NCBI GenBank assembly: GCA_002269645.1
Contig: NIVC01000262.1
Span: 186,001 to 250,000, forward strand
Length of the DNA: 64,000 nucleotides
Source: Macrostomum lignano
Taxonomy: Eukaryota
Direction: 5' to 3'
The translations under genes and the position numbers were made by a program. The notes below the pieces were generated by a model. It saw only the letters and a list, made by a program, of their open reading frames with translations, did not search any database and was not told where the DNA came from. Within the stretch, counting starts at the first letter, position 1; each line of letters starts with the position of its first letter. Shown piece by piece: positions 11,194 through 24,161 of this stretch.

Positions 11194-14100
11194 TTGATCG
11201 ATACAGGAGCGACGCTGACTGTGATCAGTAAAAGATTGGCCGACGCATTAAAAATAACGTGGAACAGGAGTGATATAATTGCAGTAGGAGTGGGAAATTC
11301 CCAGCTTCAGTTCATAGGAAGAGGTACAATTCACTTAGAGATAGGAGGAAAACAGCATATGGTCGAAGTTCAGATCATCAAAGAAATGAATCCAAGCTAT
11401 GACATAATACTGGGAGTAAACCTTCTAAAGAATATTCCTCCAGTCCAAATAGATTACGGAAACAGGAAGATAGTGATCCATAAATACGAATACCCGATGG
11501 TAGGGTCAGTCGAACAACAGGAATCACACGAAGTGGCACTCCTCGAGAATATTAGAATTCCTGCGCATAGTGTGATGAAAGTACCAGTCAAAATTTTGGC
11601 ACAAGTGGATCGAGGAACTTTATGGATCGAACCGAATGAATTCAATGCTGAAAGAAATGGATACGAAATGTGGCCAGTTTTGGTGAACCACAAGGTAGAG
11701 CATGATCAAATGGTTCTTTCCATAATGAATCATCGCCAAGAAGAAATTCAGCTGGTTAGAGGAACGAAGCTTGGTCGAACAAGGGACTTGGTGGAGCAAA
11801 CGGCACAGCACGATTATATCTGTACAGAAGAAAAGGAGAGGCTAACCCCAGAAGAAAAATGGAATCTGATAGAAAAAGGCGAAGATTTGAATCAGCAACA
11901 GACAGAAGAACTGCATAGACTTATATTGGAATACTCTGACGTGTTTTCCGGACATGATTCGGATATTGGGAAATGGACAGGACCAAGCGTCAAATTGGAA
12001 GTTAAACCAGGCCAAGGAATAATCAATCGGAGACCCTATCCTTTGCCAATGAAGCTAGAATCTGCATATGACGATGAGATCGCTAAATTGCTCAAGGCAA
12101 AGGTAATCGAACCGTCGGACTCCTGTTTTTCATCGCCAACGCTTCTTGTGAAAAGGAAAGATGGCCGCTTCAGATTTATAGTTGACTTTCGACTAGTAAA
12201 TCGCATGCTCAGGCAACCTGCTCAGAGTCTTCCAAAAATCCAGGACATGATGAGCCGACTACAGAACACGAAGTATTTTTGTGTTTTTGACATTAAGGAT
12301 GCATTCTTTAATATTGGATTGGATGAGGATAGTCGACATCTAACCGCCTTCACGACGTATACAGGTTCGCAATATCAATTTACGCGCCTACCACAAGGAT
12401 TAAATGTTAGTCCGATATATATGTCAAAGGTGACAAATATGTTGGTTGCCGGTCTCAAAAATACTATCGGATACGTTGATGATCTACTGCTTACAGCGAG
12501 CACGTTCGACGAGATGTATAAAGCTTTAAAAGATTTGTTCACGCGACTGCGCAGTTTGGGACTGAAACTATCAGCTAAGAAGTCTGCAATTGCCAAGGAC
12601 AAAGTGCCGTATTTAGGCTTTGTGCTAAGTAAATCTGGCATCGCGATGCAGCAGGGCCTAAGGACAAAAATAATTGACTTTCCCACACCAAGAACGAAAA
12701 ACAGTTGCAAAGATTCTTGGGAGCTGCGACATTTTACCGCAGACATGTGAAAAATTTTAGCATGATTTCGGCTCCATTATATCAGCTTCTGCGAAAGAAA
12801 TCACAGCCAAAGAAATTCACTTGGACAGAAAAGTGTCAAGAGGCTTTTGATCGTCTGAAGGGATGTTTACAAGAAGACGTCGTGTTAGCTTTTCCAGACG
12901 TAAGAAAAGAATATAAACTAGTAACAGATGCATCAGATGTCGCATTGGGAGCAGTTTTGACGCAAAAGGATGATGAAGGAAGAGAGAGAGTTGTATCCTA
13001 TTATTCCAAGACATTACAATCGGCAGAAACTCGGTATTCAGTCACCGAGAGGGAACTACTGGCAGTTGTTTCAGCAGTAAAATTCTTTCACAGGCTACTC
13101 TTTGGAGCTCGATTTACGGTGCAAGTCGATCACAAGCCGTTGCTGACGATAATAAAAGATAGAGGTATTATGGAAACAAACTCACGAGTAACGAGATCAG
13201 TTCTGTTTCTTTCTGAATACCAGATGAAGATAACTTACTGTCCAGGAAGCTCGACGAAGCATGCAATTGCTGATTATTTAAGCCGACTTACACCAGCAGA
13301 CGTAGACGAAATCAACTTAATACATCCTGTTCCATCGATACAGAAGATACAGCAAGAACAGAGGAAAGACTCCTCTCTGAGCAAATTGATTAAGGTGATG
13401 GAGGGTGGAGACTTACCGAATGGGAAATCGAAAGAGGATAGATTTATCAGGAAGAATATTCATCAGTACAGGATGGAAGGAAACACGCTGTATCGGGAAA
13501 GCATTACTGGAGTTCAATTGGTTGTTCCAAAAGTGTATCAGCTCGCACTGTTACGACATTATCATGAGGATAAACTATCAGGACATCTCGGATGGCAGAA
13601 ATGTTAGAGCGCATGGCGCGACATTACTATTGGAATTCAATGCGGCAGGACATGCAGAAGTACGTAAGAAGTTGTCACACATGTTTGAGTACAAAGCGGT
13701 CGGGGAATTATAAAATTCCATTCAAGGCTCAGATCCAAGGGGAGCCTTGGGATACGATGTCAATGGATATCATTGGAAAGCTCGTAACGTCAGAAGTTGA
13801 AGGACATGAATTTAATTACATATTGACAGTGCAGGATTGCTTCTCAAAATTTGCTTTTGCAATTCCGATTCGAAAACCAACAACGGAAGTGCTTGTAAAC
13901 AAATTGTTCAGTCATATCTTTGCCACCTTCGAAATTCCAAAAAGAATAACAACAGACAATGGAAGCTACTTCACTAGTGCTCAGATGAAAGAAATGAAGG
14001 TGATGATTGGCTGTGAGATCGTCTATACAAGCTATTACACTCCGCATGCGAATGCAGTCGAACTTTACAACAAACTTTTAAAGAATGTTCTGACCACATA

Positions 14101-14746
14101 TATTCATGAAACACAGACGGAATGGGCAAGATACGTGCCAACGGCGACTTTAGCCCTGAACATAAGCTATAATAAAAATCTTCGAACTTCCCCATATGAG
14201 CTCATTTTTGGCCATGCATACAAGACCCCCACCGAAAGAGTTCTAAAGGAACAGGTGTCTGTTTATGACGAAGCCCCAAGTTATGTAAAGAAGCTAGCTA
14301 GTTCCTTGAAATTGAGTTGGGATGTTGCAGGCAATTTTCTACTTCAAGAGCGTCTCAAACAAAGTGAGCAAGCGAACAAAGGAAGAAAAGATCATAAACT
14401 GTCTGAAGGAGACATCGTATATTTGGAAAAACCTGTGAAGGACGGAAAATTCGACACAAATTATGAAGGCCCCTTTACCGTCAGGAAAGTGATAGGCGAT
14501 TCCACAGTTGCAATTCAAAGACCGGAAAATGAACAGAACGAGGAAGCTAGAACAGTAAACGCCAATAGGTTGAAGAGACTATTGTCAAGCCCACCAATAG
14601 CAGTTCAACCATTCTCTGAAGAAACAAATGGCAACACAACACATGATGCGCATAAAATCAGATTGCACAAATCCAACGCCACGCAGACAGAAGTAACAGA
14701 GGAATCAGCTTGTAAGAGATTCACTTTGCGTCCACGCAAGAAGTAG
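11194..14746 (+). pseudogene. pol: Gypsy pol (protease, RT, RNase H, integrase) with two frameshifts
   Basis: IDTGAT protease; RFIVDFR, LPQG, YVDD RT; LVTDAS..LGAVL, ERELLA, VDHKPL RNase H; H..GH/CHTC zinc finger, MDIIG, TDNG, ANAVE, YEGPF integrase. Frame changes at ~12710 and ~13600. Confidence 0.95.
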
Positions 14747-14863
14747 AACCATGAATATCCTGAACGACTTTGAGCGCCGAGCATGGATCTACCATAGGAT
14801 CCACTTCTTTCAATGATTCTCCCCCCCCTACTGCCGGGTTATAAGTAAAGAGTAATACCCATC

Positions 14864-15127
14864 TTGGAAGATATCCGAACGGAAGCACGTAGACTATACG
14901 AACCGGGAGTTTCTGAAGTAGAATTCAGAGAGCCGCCACCGACACGGCCGATTGATGTATACAAGACGGAGCTCCGCAATCTCGCTGACGACATGTACGA
15001 TGACGAATATCGCGAGGGACGCATTATTTGGGAGCTGATAGTTATCTGCTGCACCAAACTACTTTCTCTCCTAAGAAACGAGGGTAATGCGAATACTACC
15101 GAAGAGGACAGCTCAGAGGACAACTGA
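14864..15127 (+). CDS. Small acidic ORF between pol and the putative 3' LTR, function unknown
   Basis: 87-aa ORF just downstream of the pol stop; no motif recognised. Confidence 0.3.
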   Translation: MEDIRTEARRLYEPGVSEVEFREPPPTRPIDVYKTELRNLADDMYDDEYREGRIIWELIVICCTKLLSLLRNEGNANTTEEDSSEDN

Positions 15128-15347
15128 AGCTCAAGTTGAGTCGGACAACATAAATCGAAGATCGCAGATGGTTTTGAGGTGAGATTGAACGAGCTACATC
15201 GCTATATCCAGAATGATAAAAGCTTTACGAGATTAAAATCATTCGCTCATACTTACAGCTATTTGCTTTCATACTAGTCTCAATGATTTCTTCATCTCCA
15301 TATTTTACTAAATGCAAATGTGGGGACCACATTTTGAAAAAGGGTAA

Positions 15348-16102
15348 GTAATATAAGGATTCAATTTCATATGCATGTAAGCCTTAGGGACTATTTAGGG
15401 ACTATTTTAGGAAGTAGTATTAGGGACTAAATTAGGCAATAATTAGAGAATTGCATTGTTATCAGAGCGTGGTGGAGTGTAGCAGTTGTGGACAGCTGCA
15501 CTCTTACAAAAAGCCACAAGTGCTTGATGACGGCATTGCAAAGGGCGAGTGCAGGCCGCCCTAAAAGTCTGCTTCCACTTTAGAGGGGTTGTATGCTTTA
15601 TGTGGGGCGGGGTTCAATTACATTTTTAACAGAGACATTTCAGAATTCGCACGAGAAAGGGGAACCGTGAGAATCGGCCGGAATTGCGCGGTGGCTGGAA
15701 GACGTGGGAAATGATAACGCAGACAGTTTCACAGGGACTTCATCGGGGAAATTTACTATAAATAAGCGAGGGGTTAAATGCTGAAAAACTTTACCTTTTT
15801 CTCACTCTCTTTTCACTCTCTTTTACACGCCTTGTATTAACTTTTGGATTGCTTAATAGTTTGCAAATCACGACGACCGCTTCTGCAGACACCTGTGACC
15901 GGAGGGTAAGACTGAGCACTGCCATGACTATAGATTTATGAATAGTAGCGTATCGGTCTCAGACCAGGTAGATAGGCGTAATTTATATATATAAATATAA
16001 TAGATTAATAGGAGTATTTGAGTAGCTTAGTTATATCGTAGTGTCTCAGACTTATTCTCCCTGCTTGTAGCTCGCTTATTTGCTTATTTACTTATTAATA
16101 CA
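15348..16102 (+). repeat. Putative 3' LTR of the truncated Gypsy element
   Basis: Follows GAAAAAGGG. Imperfect terminal inverted ends (GTAATATAAG ... CTTATTAATACA) and an internal TATAAATA. No second copy is present to confirm the boundaries. Confidence 0.45.
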
Positions 16103-19100
16103 AACATTGAAAATGCAGTAGTAAATATAAATATATGGTTGATCGGTAAATAACATCCAAGCATATTCTACCTCGTTTGAGTTACTATTAATCATATGTA
16201 AGGTTCTTAGTTTGCGGCCAACTAGGAAACTTATATTTGGCGACCACGCTAAAAGGTTATTTAGAGGGACCTTGCCAGGATAGTCTTGATAGCTGCCCAA
16301 TTATTATGTCTGGCGCATAATTCAGCAAAAGCTGACACAGCACCTAGGTTTATTATTGAATTATTGAATTATTTATAATTTGGACATGCATGTCATTAAT
16401 TTAGTGGGACAGTGGCCAGTTGACTTTTGAAGTCACATTTTCAGCGCCAGTCAATAAAATATTTGTTGAATTTTTCGGCCACAGAAACTTTATATTAAAG
16501 AGGTACCTCAGAGAGTGGCACACAAGGTGACCACAAATTAGGTGGTAAGGCAATATTTCGCGCGAGCCAAATCCACTGGGGCGGCCACGGGCCAGCGGAT
16601 GCACGATTTCAGCATTTCGTTTGGATGAATGATAATGACTTATTATTGGAATGTGATTGAAACTGCGGCATGGATGAGGGAAGGATGAAATGGAGGTAAA
16701 ATTTTATAGAAATAGAACTAAAAAACAAGAACATATTCATAGCGCCGTAACGCTCGCGCAGAAATTTAGGTTTCGCCGTCAGCCGAACATCGATAACATC
16801 TATTAAGCTCGTATTCCCAATAATTATATTTAACACCTGGTGATGCCGAAAGCATTTTCCCCCTATTTTGCCCTCGAGATGCCCTCGTGTATGTAACTTT
16901 TTTGTCTCTGCAACATCTTAAAGAGGTAGATTTTGTTTTTTAATTCTTGAAATGAAATGCGGAAGGTTTCGATTGTCCTGCAGTCCGGCAAAATGAGACC
17001 AGGAGAAATGCGACAACCGATTGTCAGATTTTTTCGTATTACGAGTAGTTTTGCTTCGTAGCTGATCTTCTAGAGCAGAATTTTACCAGAGAGGTGGAGA
17101 GAAGCGGGTAGGTCGTGGGATTTAGCGAATTTTACTAATTATTTTGGGCAATTTTTGTTAAATTTAATTCTCGTTGCTCTCTTGCTCACAGCAATTGTGT
17201 GCCAATTACACGGTCAAACTTTTTTCTCTTATTCTTTCAAGATCTTTAAATTTTGGGCGTACATGTAAATTTTAGAAGACGAAGCTTTTTATTGTACTAA
17301 TTATTTTAATAAGCGTTAGGCAAAATAAAGGCGTAAAACCCCGATTTGGGATTCAGTGCGTGAAGCACCAAAGTGGACGAATCAGACGTGTAGTCTCCTC
17401 TCGTTGGAAAAGTATTGAAGACTTTGGACAGGAAGGGGAAAAGTCGTGAAGACTAGTAGGTAGGGAGAAATGTTGGGTAGAGGGGAGGATTTTCCTCAGG
17501 CAAAATCGTACACATTAGAAATTCGATCTTAAGTATTGATATTGAATGAAAAAAAAACCATGAATGTGTAGAATAGAGCCCACCGCTGGACAACCTTGAT
17601 CCCCGCGGTAACGGTGTGATTTCGGATGTACGAGTCAATTTCAGTGTCTTCAGGGCACTCATTGCTGCCATGCAGGGGCATTTCTCGGAATTTCTCGACA
17701 TAAAGGGCAGAAATTGAAGGCTCCATTTACATTTACAACAACCACAACAGGTAGCTATTTTACAGGTAGCAACAGGTAGCTTTTTACAACAGGTAGCTGT
17801 AACAGGTAGGATTTTGAGTCCTGCCTGTACCTTCTGCTCAAGTCGGATAACAAATAAGTGAACTCGAAGCACGGTTTTTCTGGGCCCAGGCTGCTGCGGC
17901 CTACAGCCCAGCCGAGGCAATGGCCATGCCTTTAGGCCCGCGAATGCGGGCGAGAGAAAAGTGAAGCGAGCGCCTTCACTGTCTCTCCTTTTATTTAAAA
18001 CACAGCCGAACAGGCGCGTGGGAACGTTAAACACACAGAACAAAATGCAAATTACGCAGCAAGTTTTAGGTGCAGTCCTTCGCAAATATGACTGCATTCT
18101 ATGCAGCTCATACCCGTAACACAATTAGACGTCCCCGTGAGGATGCAAATACGTCTCTTGGGGACGTATAATTCTAAGCCGCAAAAGTAGATAAAAGAAA
18201 GCCAGAGACACGCATAGTTCTTAAAAATCACTGGAAAATGGGAAAATATGGCTTGTTTTGTAGTAAAACATCAAGGCTAAGAATTTTTTATGAGTAATGT
18301 ATGCATTATATACGTATCGTTTCGTATTTTTGGGACGAAAGAAACGAGAGGGAGAAAGTTTTTTTAATATGAATAATTTTGAATCAATATCATTTTTACT
18401 TATACCCAACTAGCTGTTCATTGTAATAAGCAAATTTACCATAATAATATATAATACATTCAGCTAGAATTGTTTTAACTAGTAAATTTAAACTCACAAA
18501 TATAATGTGACAGCGCGCGCACATGCACATTCATTCATTGTTCAGCGCTGATGCGTCTAGACTTAGTGGACCACATCAATTTCAAATTATTTCTACGCAT
18601 CCTGTATAATATGAGATTTTAGTGTGTGCAGTAAACATATGTTTTCCTTACTAATGTTCGTAAGCACTAATAATTGAGTACGTTTATAAATAAATATAAT
18701 TCTATAGACATGACAAAAATTGGGAGCCCAATCAAGTATATACCAAATAATCAGGCGCTGTAAATTTTTGTATGTCTTTTTGCAATAAACTACCATGGAT
18801 TTGTAATCTGATTATTTATGATGTGTGTAGTGATATATTAGTGCCATATTTATTTTGCTTAATATTTGTTTGGTACTTAATTGCTTTATCTAGAGTACCA
18901 TAGCTTATGTGTATCTCATGCCTGATATGATTTAGTAGTTAATCAACATTTCATGTGTAATTGAATAGTGCTCAAAATCATGGAATATCTCGATTTTTAT
19001 TGAGTAATTTGCCAAATTTACACAAGAGTTAAACCCACTGTGATGGCTCATTAGAATTAGTTTTTACTTTTTCCTCATTTGAGCTTTAAAAGTTGCATGC

Positions 19101-19324
19101 ATGCAACCATTTGTTAGTATCTAAGTATGTTGATAAGTTAAGAATTGCTCCAGAAATTTCATTAGTTGTGGGGTTTTTGCTTATAAATCTTATTAATGTT
19201 AGTTTTATAATTGGAATGTAGCATAATTATGACAATGGCTAAGAAATAAACAGTGATTTTATGCTACTAGTTTTCAAATATTATTGTTATTAGATTATTA
19301 AATTATAAGATTGCTACAGATGAC

Positions 19325-20469
19325 GGGTCTATGACATTTTACTGCCTCAATTTGACTGCCACAAATTGACTGCTACCCTTTTGACTGCTGACAATTTGAC
19401 TGCCACCCATTTATTTGACTGCCATCCTTTTGACTGCTGACAATTTGACTGCTGGTCATTTGACTGCTGCCATTTTGACTCCCAGCAACATTTGACTGCC
19501 AGTGACATTTGACTGCCACTCACACTTTGAATATGAATCTAAGCAATTTCCTTAGCTGCCATAGTTGTATGCTTCATTGCTTTGCATTCAACTTTTGTTA
19601 TCAATATTGACTTTTCAAAAACTGAGCATCCATGCCTCGTACCTGATTACATACAATAGTTTGCTTGTGCTTATGCTTATTATGGTTTACAAAATTTCTG
19701 ATTAAATGGTACGCAGGCTCAATGTTTACACTACATTTGCATTGCAGTTGATCACACAAATTATCCAACTTGTAGAGCATAGGCATAGCATAGTTTAAAA
19801 CTCCCTCAGTACCTGCCAAGCACTTTCTTGCATCACGCTGAACCTAAAGTGAAATGTCTTCTGTAACATCAATAGCCTGTATAACCTAATAACCTTATAG
19901 CCTAGTAAAGTAACCTAATAATCTTATAATATATAACCTAATAATCTTATAGTTTATAACCTAATAATGTAATAACCTTATAACCTAATATATAACCTAA
20001 TAATCTTATAACCTAATAACCTATAACCTAGTAACCTTATAACCTAATAACCTTATAACTCATAACTTAATAAACTTATAGCCTTATAATAAGGGTATAA
20101 TAATTTTCCAAGTGCATATTTTAAACACTGCTACACTGTTAGACATTCTGAAAATACACAGTTGTAAAATTTCTAAAACATGCATTTGTTCTTCATTATG
20201 CAGCTACAAAGGTCAGTTGAGCCAAAATACTTTTGCTCATCCTTGCAATTGAGAACTTTGGTAATTTGTATTATTGACTGGTGTCATAGTGCAAAGTTAG
20301 ATGAAAAAAGTTGAATACAATGCAAAGCAACAAAGTATACAACTATAGCAGCTAAGGAAATTGCTTAGATTCTCATTCAAAGTGCCAACAGCAGTCAAAT
20401 TGTTAGCAGTCAAAAGGGCAGTAGTCAATTTGTGGCAGTCAAATTGGGGCAGTCAAATGTCAGTATCCC
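19325..20469. mobile_element. Non-autonomous MULE-like TIR element (MITE), 1145 bp
   Basis: 9-bp TSD ACAGATGAC at 19316-19324 and 20470-20478. Ends GGG...CCC. Long imperfect TIRs built of TTTGACTGC(C/T) units. Internal TAACCTAATAA-type tandem repeats at ~19880-20090. Confidence 0.85.
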
Positions 20470-20766
20470 ACAGATGACTGATGCTATTAGACTTTCACAT
20501 TAATAATATTGCATATTGTTCTCAAAGTAAGTCCATTGCATTTGGGTTAAATTTCTTATAGCTTCAATTAATTATCATTTATTTGATTTCACCACTGGGA
20601 ATGACCAGAGACAAATAACACTGAGGAATTCTTGTGGCTACATGAAAAAAGATAAAAGAATAGCATTATATTTATATAGGACCATATTTTCACATCTTTA
20701 TTCAACAACATTGTTCAGAAATCTCAAATGATACAGAAATCTAAATTTTATTTTGCAGTTTGCAGA

Positions 20767-21455
20767 ATGACCAACCCAAAGCAGGCTCAGAATGCCAGAA
20801 ATCTCATGAAACTTACTCCTGTGCTTGTTAGCTCAAGTGACAGTGAATATTCTTCTGATGTGGCTGCAACTGCTACAAATTTGCCCAATGCCAATTAATT
20901 AAATGACAGTTTATCAACTTCTAATGATGCACAGTCGTCCACAACATCTGGTAGTATGGCATCTGATGACAATTTAAGCTTGGACAGTTTAAGTATGGCT
21001 TCTAGTACTACTGGTGAAGATGAGCATTCTTTGAACCTTCGAGAAAATTTTCGGCTGCTGTGCATGGATCATAATTTAACACATGCTGCCATTCGGGACA
21101 TTTTGAAGCTCTTGAAGCCAATGCACAATCAGCTTCCAACTGATCCTCGAACATTGCTGCAGTCACCTGGTGTCATTTGTCTGGCAGATGTTGAACCAGG
21201 ACAATATTATCATTTTGGTGTGAAAGAAGGCTTGAAGTACATCTTTGAGAGACTGAAAGCAGTAACCAATCTGAATGCAATGGACGAAATTCACTTAATT
21301 ATCAACATTGATGGCCTGCCATTATTTAAGAGTTCAGTGAAAGGTTTTTGGACAATCCTGGCATCAGTAAGAGGCATTCCGAACTCGTGCTTCCTGGTAG
21401 GAATTTACTATGGACAGAATAAGCCAGCAAGTGCTAATCAATTTTTGGAGCCATT
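20767..21455 (+). pseudogene. EnSpm/CACTA (animal-type) transposase, N-terminal fragment
   Basis: ATG after acceptor tttgcag; early in-frame TAA; LPTDPRTLL, GQYYHFG, NIDGLPLFKSS, FWTIL, GQNKP motifs. Truncated at ~21455 by unrelated sequence. Confidence 0.85.
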
Positions 21456-21649
21456 TTTGGAGTCGTGCTGGACTCAAAATCCCTCCGCCGCCAGTTGGGA
21501 TGCGTCAGTTCCAGATCCTTTGTCGACAGCGTCTTAAAGCGAATGAAACGGAAGTCCCAATCTGGTGCCGAATGCCTTGGTGTCGACAATGCAAACGAGC
21601 ACACGGACAGTCGCGAAGAGACGGCCGAAACAGTCGAGCCGAGTGGAGA

Positions 21650-21800
21650 GACTGACGAGGAGATAGACGAGGAGATGGACGAGGAGATCGACGAAGAGAT
21701 GGACGAGGAGATCGACGAAGAGATCGACGAGGAGATCGACGAGGTCAACGAGGAGATCGACGAGATCGACGAGGTCAACGAAGAGATGAACGAGGCAGAT
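21650..21800. repeat. Degenerate 12-bp tandem repeat (GAGGAGATCGAC)n
   Basis: About 12 units; reads EEID/EEMD in one frame. Confidence 0.9.
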
Positions 21801-22049
21801 GTAGAGAGCGACTGACTCGACTGCAACCGACCCCACCCCACCCCGACTCTGCAGCTCCACCCACTCTGTCCCATTCTCACTCGTGCGCACGCGTCGCGAC
21901 GAACTGTCTCTCTCATTCTCACTGTCTCTCATTTCCCACTGTCTCTCGCACTCCCACTTTGTCCCTCTATCTCTCTCATTCTCCCCTTTAACTCTCTCCC
22001 TCTCTTTCTCTAACTTTCTCACTCTCACTCTCGGTCCCTTCGTCACACT

Positions 22050-22152
22050 ATCAGTCTCTGTCTCACTTTCGGTCTCGGTCTCTGTCTCGGTCTCGGTCTC
22101 TGTCTCACTCTCGGTCTCTGTCTCACTCTCGGTTTCGGTCTCTGTCTCACTC
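22050..22152. repeat. (TCTCGG/TCTCTG/TCTCAC)n hexamer minisatellite; second copy at ~23772-23931
   Basis: The same CGGTCTCTGTCTCACTCT units occur at both locations. Confidence 0.9.
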
Positions 22153-23931
22153 GTATGTGCCATTTCGCTGCACCCTCCCCCTCCGCGTGTGGATGGCCCT
22201 GTAGTCCATCCACACGCCCACACACTTGCACCCCTATAAAACCCTTGGTTGACCGCTCTCCCTCGAAAACTATTCCGCTTGATCATCCTCCTCTTCCTAC
22301 GCTAGATCTCTACCCCATACCTCCTTCTCTTTCCTCTCGCCCCTTATCCATCCCTCTTTATTCCTTTCCGTCTTACATTCTATTTCGCTATTTCCCTTAT
22401 CATTTCAGCTCCGCTACTCATTTCAATTCTGTCCTCCCCTATTTTAGTTCCCTGTTTCTATTATATCGGTCCTATGTGTTATTGTTTGGGAGAATAAAAT
22501 TACACACTGGCCAAATAAACTATTAGATTCTACTTAGGATACTTAGACCAAATTACCTTCCTCGACAACGCAACCGCTAAGTTCAATTCCTACTACATTA
22601 ACTGTAAATTTAACTATTTTCTAAATAACTTAAATTTACAAAATTACTCTCTTTACCTCAACCATTAGCAACCAGCTTAATCATTAGTGGCCGAAGAAGT
22701 AATTTTATTGACTTTGGGGATAACTGTCTATTGCTAATTTTCTTAACGCGATAATCAGCCTTGGTTACCGTTTTCATCGATTTCGCCAATAAATTTCACC
22801 CAGCTCGCGCTAACTATTTTACTGGCGCTCTCTTTGGTAAGAAACTTAACTGTCTATTTTTGCATTCGACTTTGTCATTCTTAGGACCAATATCTCCATG
22901 GTGGCAGCATACAGTACCCTTTCGTGAATTATTACTATCAAATTACTATTTTTAAGATCCCAATTTACTGTCCGAGAACGCTGATATTAAGAACGAGTAG
23001 TTTCTAACTTATGATCTTGGAGCCTTTGAAGACGACTGCAGGTGACCATCTAGAGGTTATCGTAGCAGCTCGCTCTTAAATCTAGTGCCACAATATTTCG
23101 AATTTATCTTAAGCCACGACTACTTAGCTACCGAGTTATTAACTTCGATTTAATAATAACTAATAATAAAGTTATCTTAATTTGGGAAATAGGGCAGTCC
23201 GATTTCCACTTCCAAACCGGTTCTAGTCAGTTTGATGGTCTCGTTAACCATCGTGAGTCATAGCATTCGAAGTTCCTTGTTCGCTGAAGTGCCGATTCTA
23301 GCCCGAGTCACCAAATTGTCTGGCCTTGGCACACAAAACCATCGCGGGCTTAGTCAGCGATAGCCTTGTGTGCCATCCAGCCTTGGCACTGTCAACCATT
23401 GGAAGTGACTGCCATTCCTCATTAAGGTATTCGAACTGAGAATTAGGAGAGAAATTAGAATTAAAGCATAGCCATTACGATATATATACTATATTTTTTC
23501 TTATTACAGTATGGATTGATAATGTATTGACTGCATTGAAACGTATTTTAATGTTTTTTACGAATTTTAAGCAATTAATCGATCAATTACATTCGCTTCC
23601 CAGAGTAAATTCGTTTTAGAATTATATTAGGGAATTAGTAAATGCCATCCAGAATTGAAGTAGCTTAAGTAAATAAGATTCTAAAGTGGATCATGACGAG
23701 ATTTGCAAATATATCAATAACATCACGTGCAAAGGAAGTGTAGAGTAATATTCTGTCTTTTCATTCAGCACGTGAGCTGGCCTTGTAGCGGCAGATACCA
23801 TACTGTATACTCGGTCTCTGTCTCACTCTCGGTCTCTGTCTCACTCTCGATCTCCGTCTCACTCTCGGTCTCTCTGTCTCGGTCTCGATCTCTGTCTCAC
23901 TGTCTCGGTCTCGGTCTCTGTCTCACTCTCG

Positions 23932-24161
23932 GTGTGAGGTGTAGAATTTGTTGCTAAACGACTTTTCCAACCACGCAAACTGATGCCTCATTTTTTCTGC
24001 CATTTTTTCTCTATGTTGATAAAGATTGATGCTTAAAACTGAGTGAAATTTGCTGATTTTAATGAGCATTTTCATACCCCAATGGCAGTTGTTATTTTGA
24101 CATGAGGCATCAGTTTGTGTGATTGCAAAATTTGTTTAGCAAGAAATTCTACACCTCACAC
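23932..24161. mobile_element. MITE-like foldback element, 230 bp
   Basis: ~60-bp imperfect inverted repeats: GTGTGAGGTGTAGAATTTGTTGCTAAAC...AAACTGATGCCTCA and TGAGGCATCAGTTT...GTTTAGCAAGAAATTCTACACCTCACAC. No TSD resolved. Confidence 0.7.

Larger units (their letters stand above)
10825..16102 (+). mobile_element. Gypsy/Ty3-type LTR retrotransposon, 5'-truncated (5' LTR, gag and most of env lost)
   Basis: PR-RT-RH-IN order. Purine tract at ~15336-15344 followed by an LTR-like segment. The left junction falls inside the KDZ exon. The right boundary is approximate. Confidence 0.85.

Noticed and set aside
16100-18200. 5' exons or terminus of the KDZ element beyond the Gypsy LTR
   Set aside because: Some exon-like islands exist (16190-16350, 16480-16620, 16740-16850), but I could not build a phase-consistent, motif-supported model.
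1-18500. TET/JBP dioxygenase gene linked to the KDZ transposase, as in fungi
   Set aside because: No HxD...H 2OG-Fe(II) motif ORF was recognisable in the flanks; the 5' part of the element is disrupted, so absence is not conclusive.
21465-22286. EEID-repeat and ETET-repeat ORFs as real proteins
   Set aside because: Both are open frames created by simple repeats; no supporting domain or splice structure.
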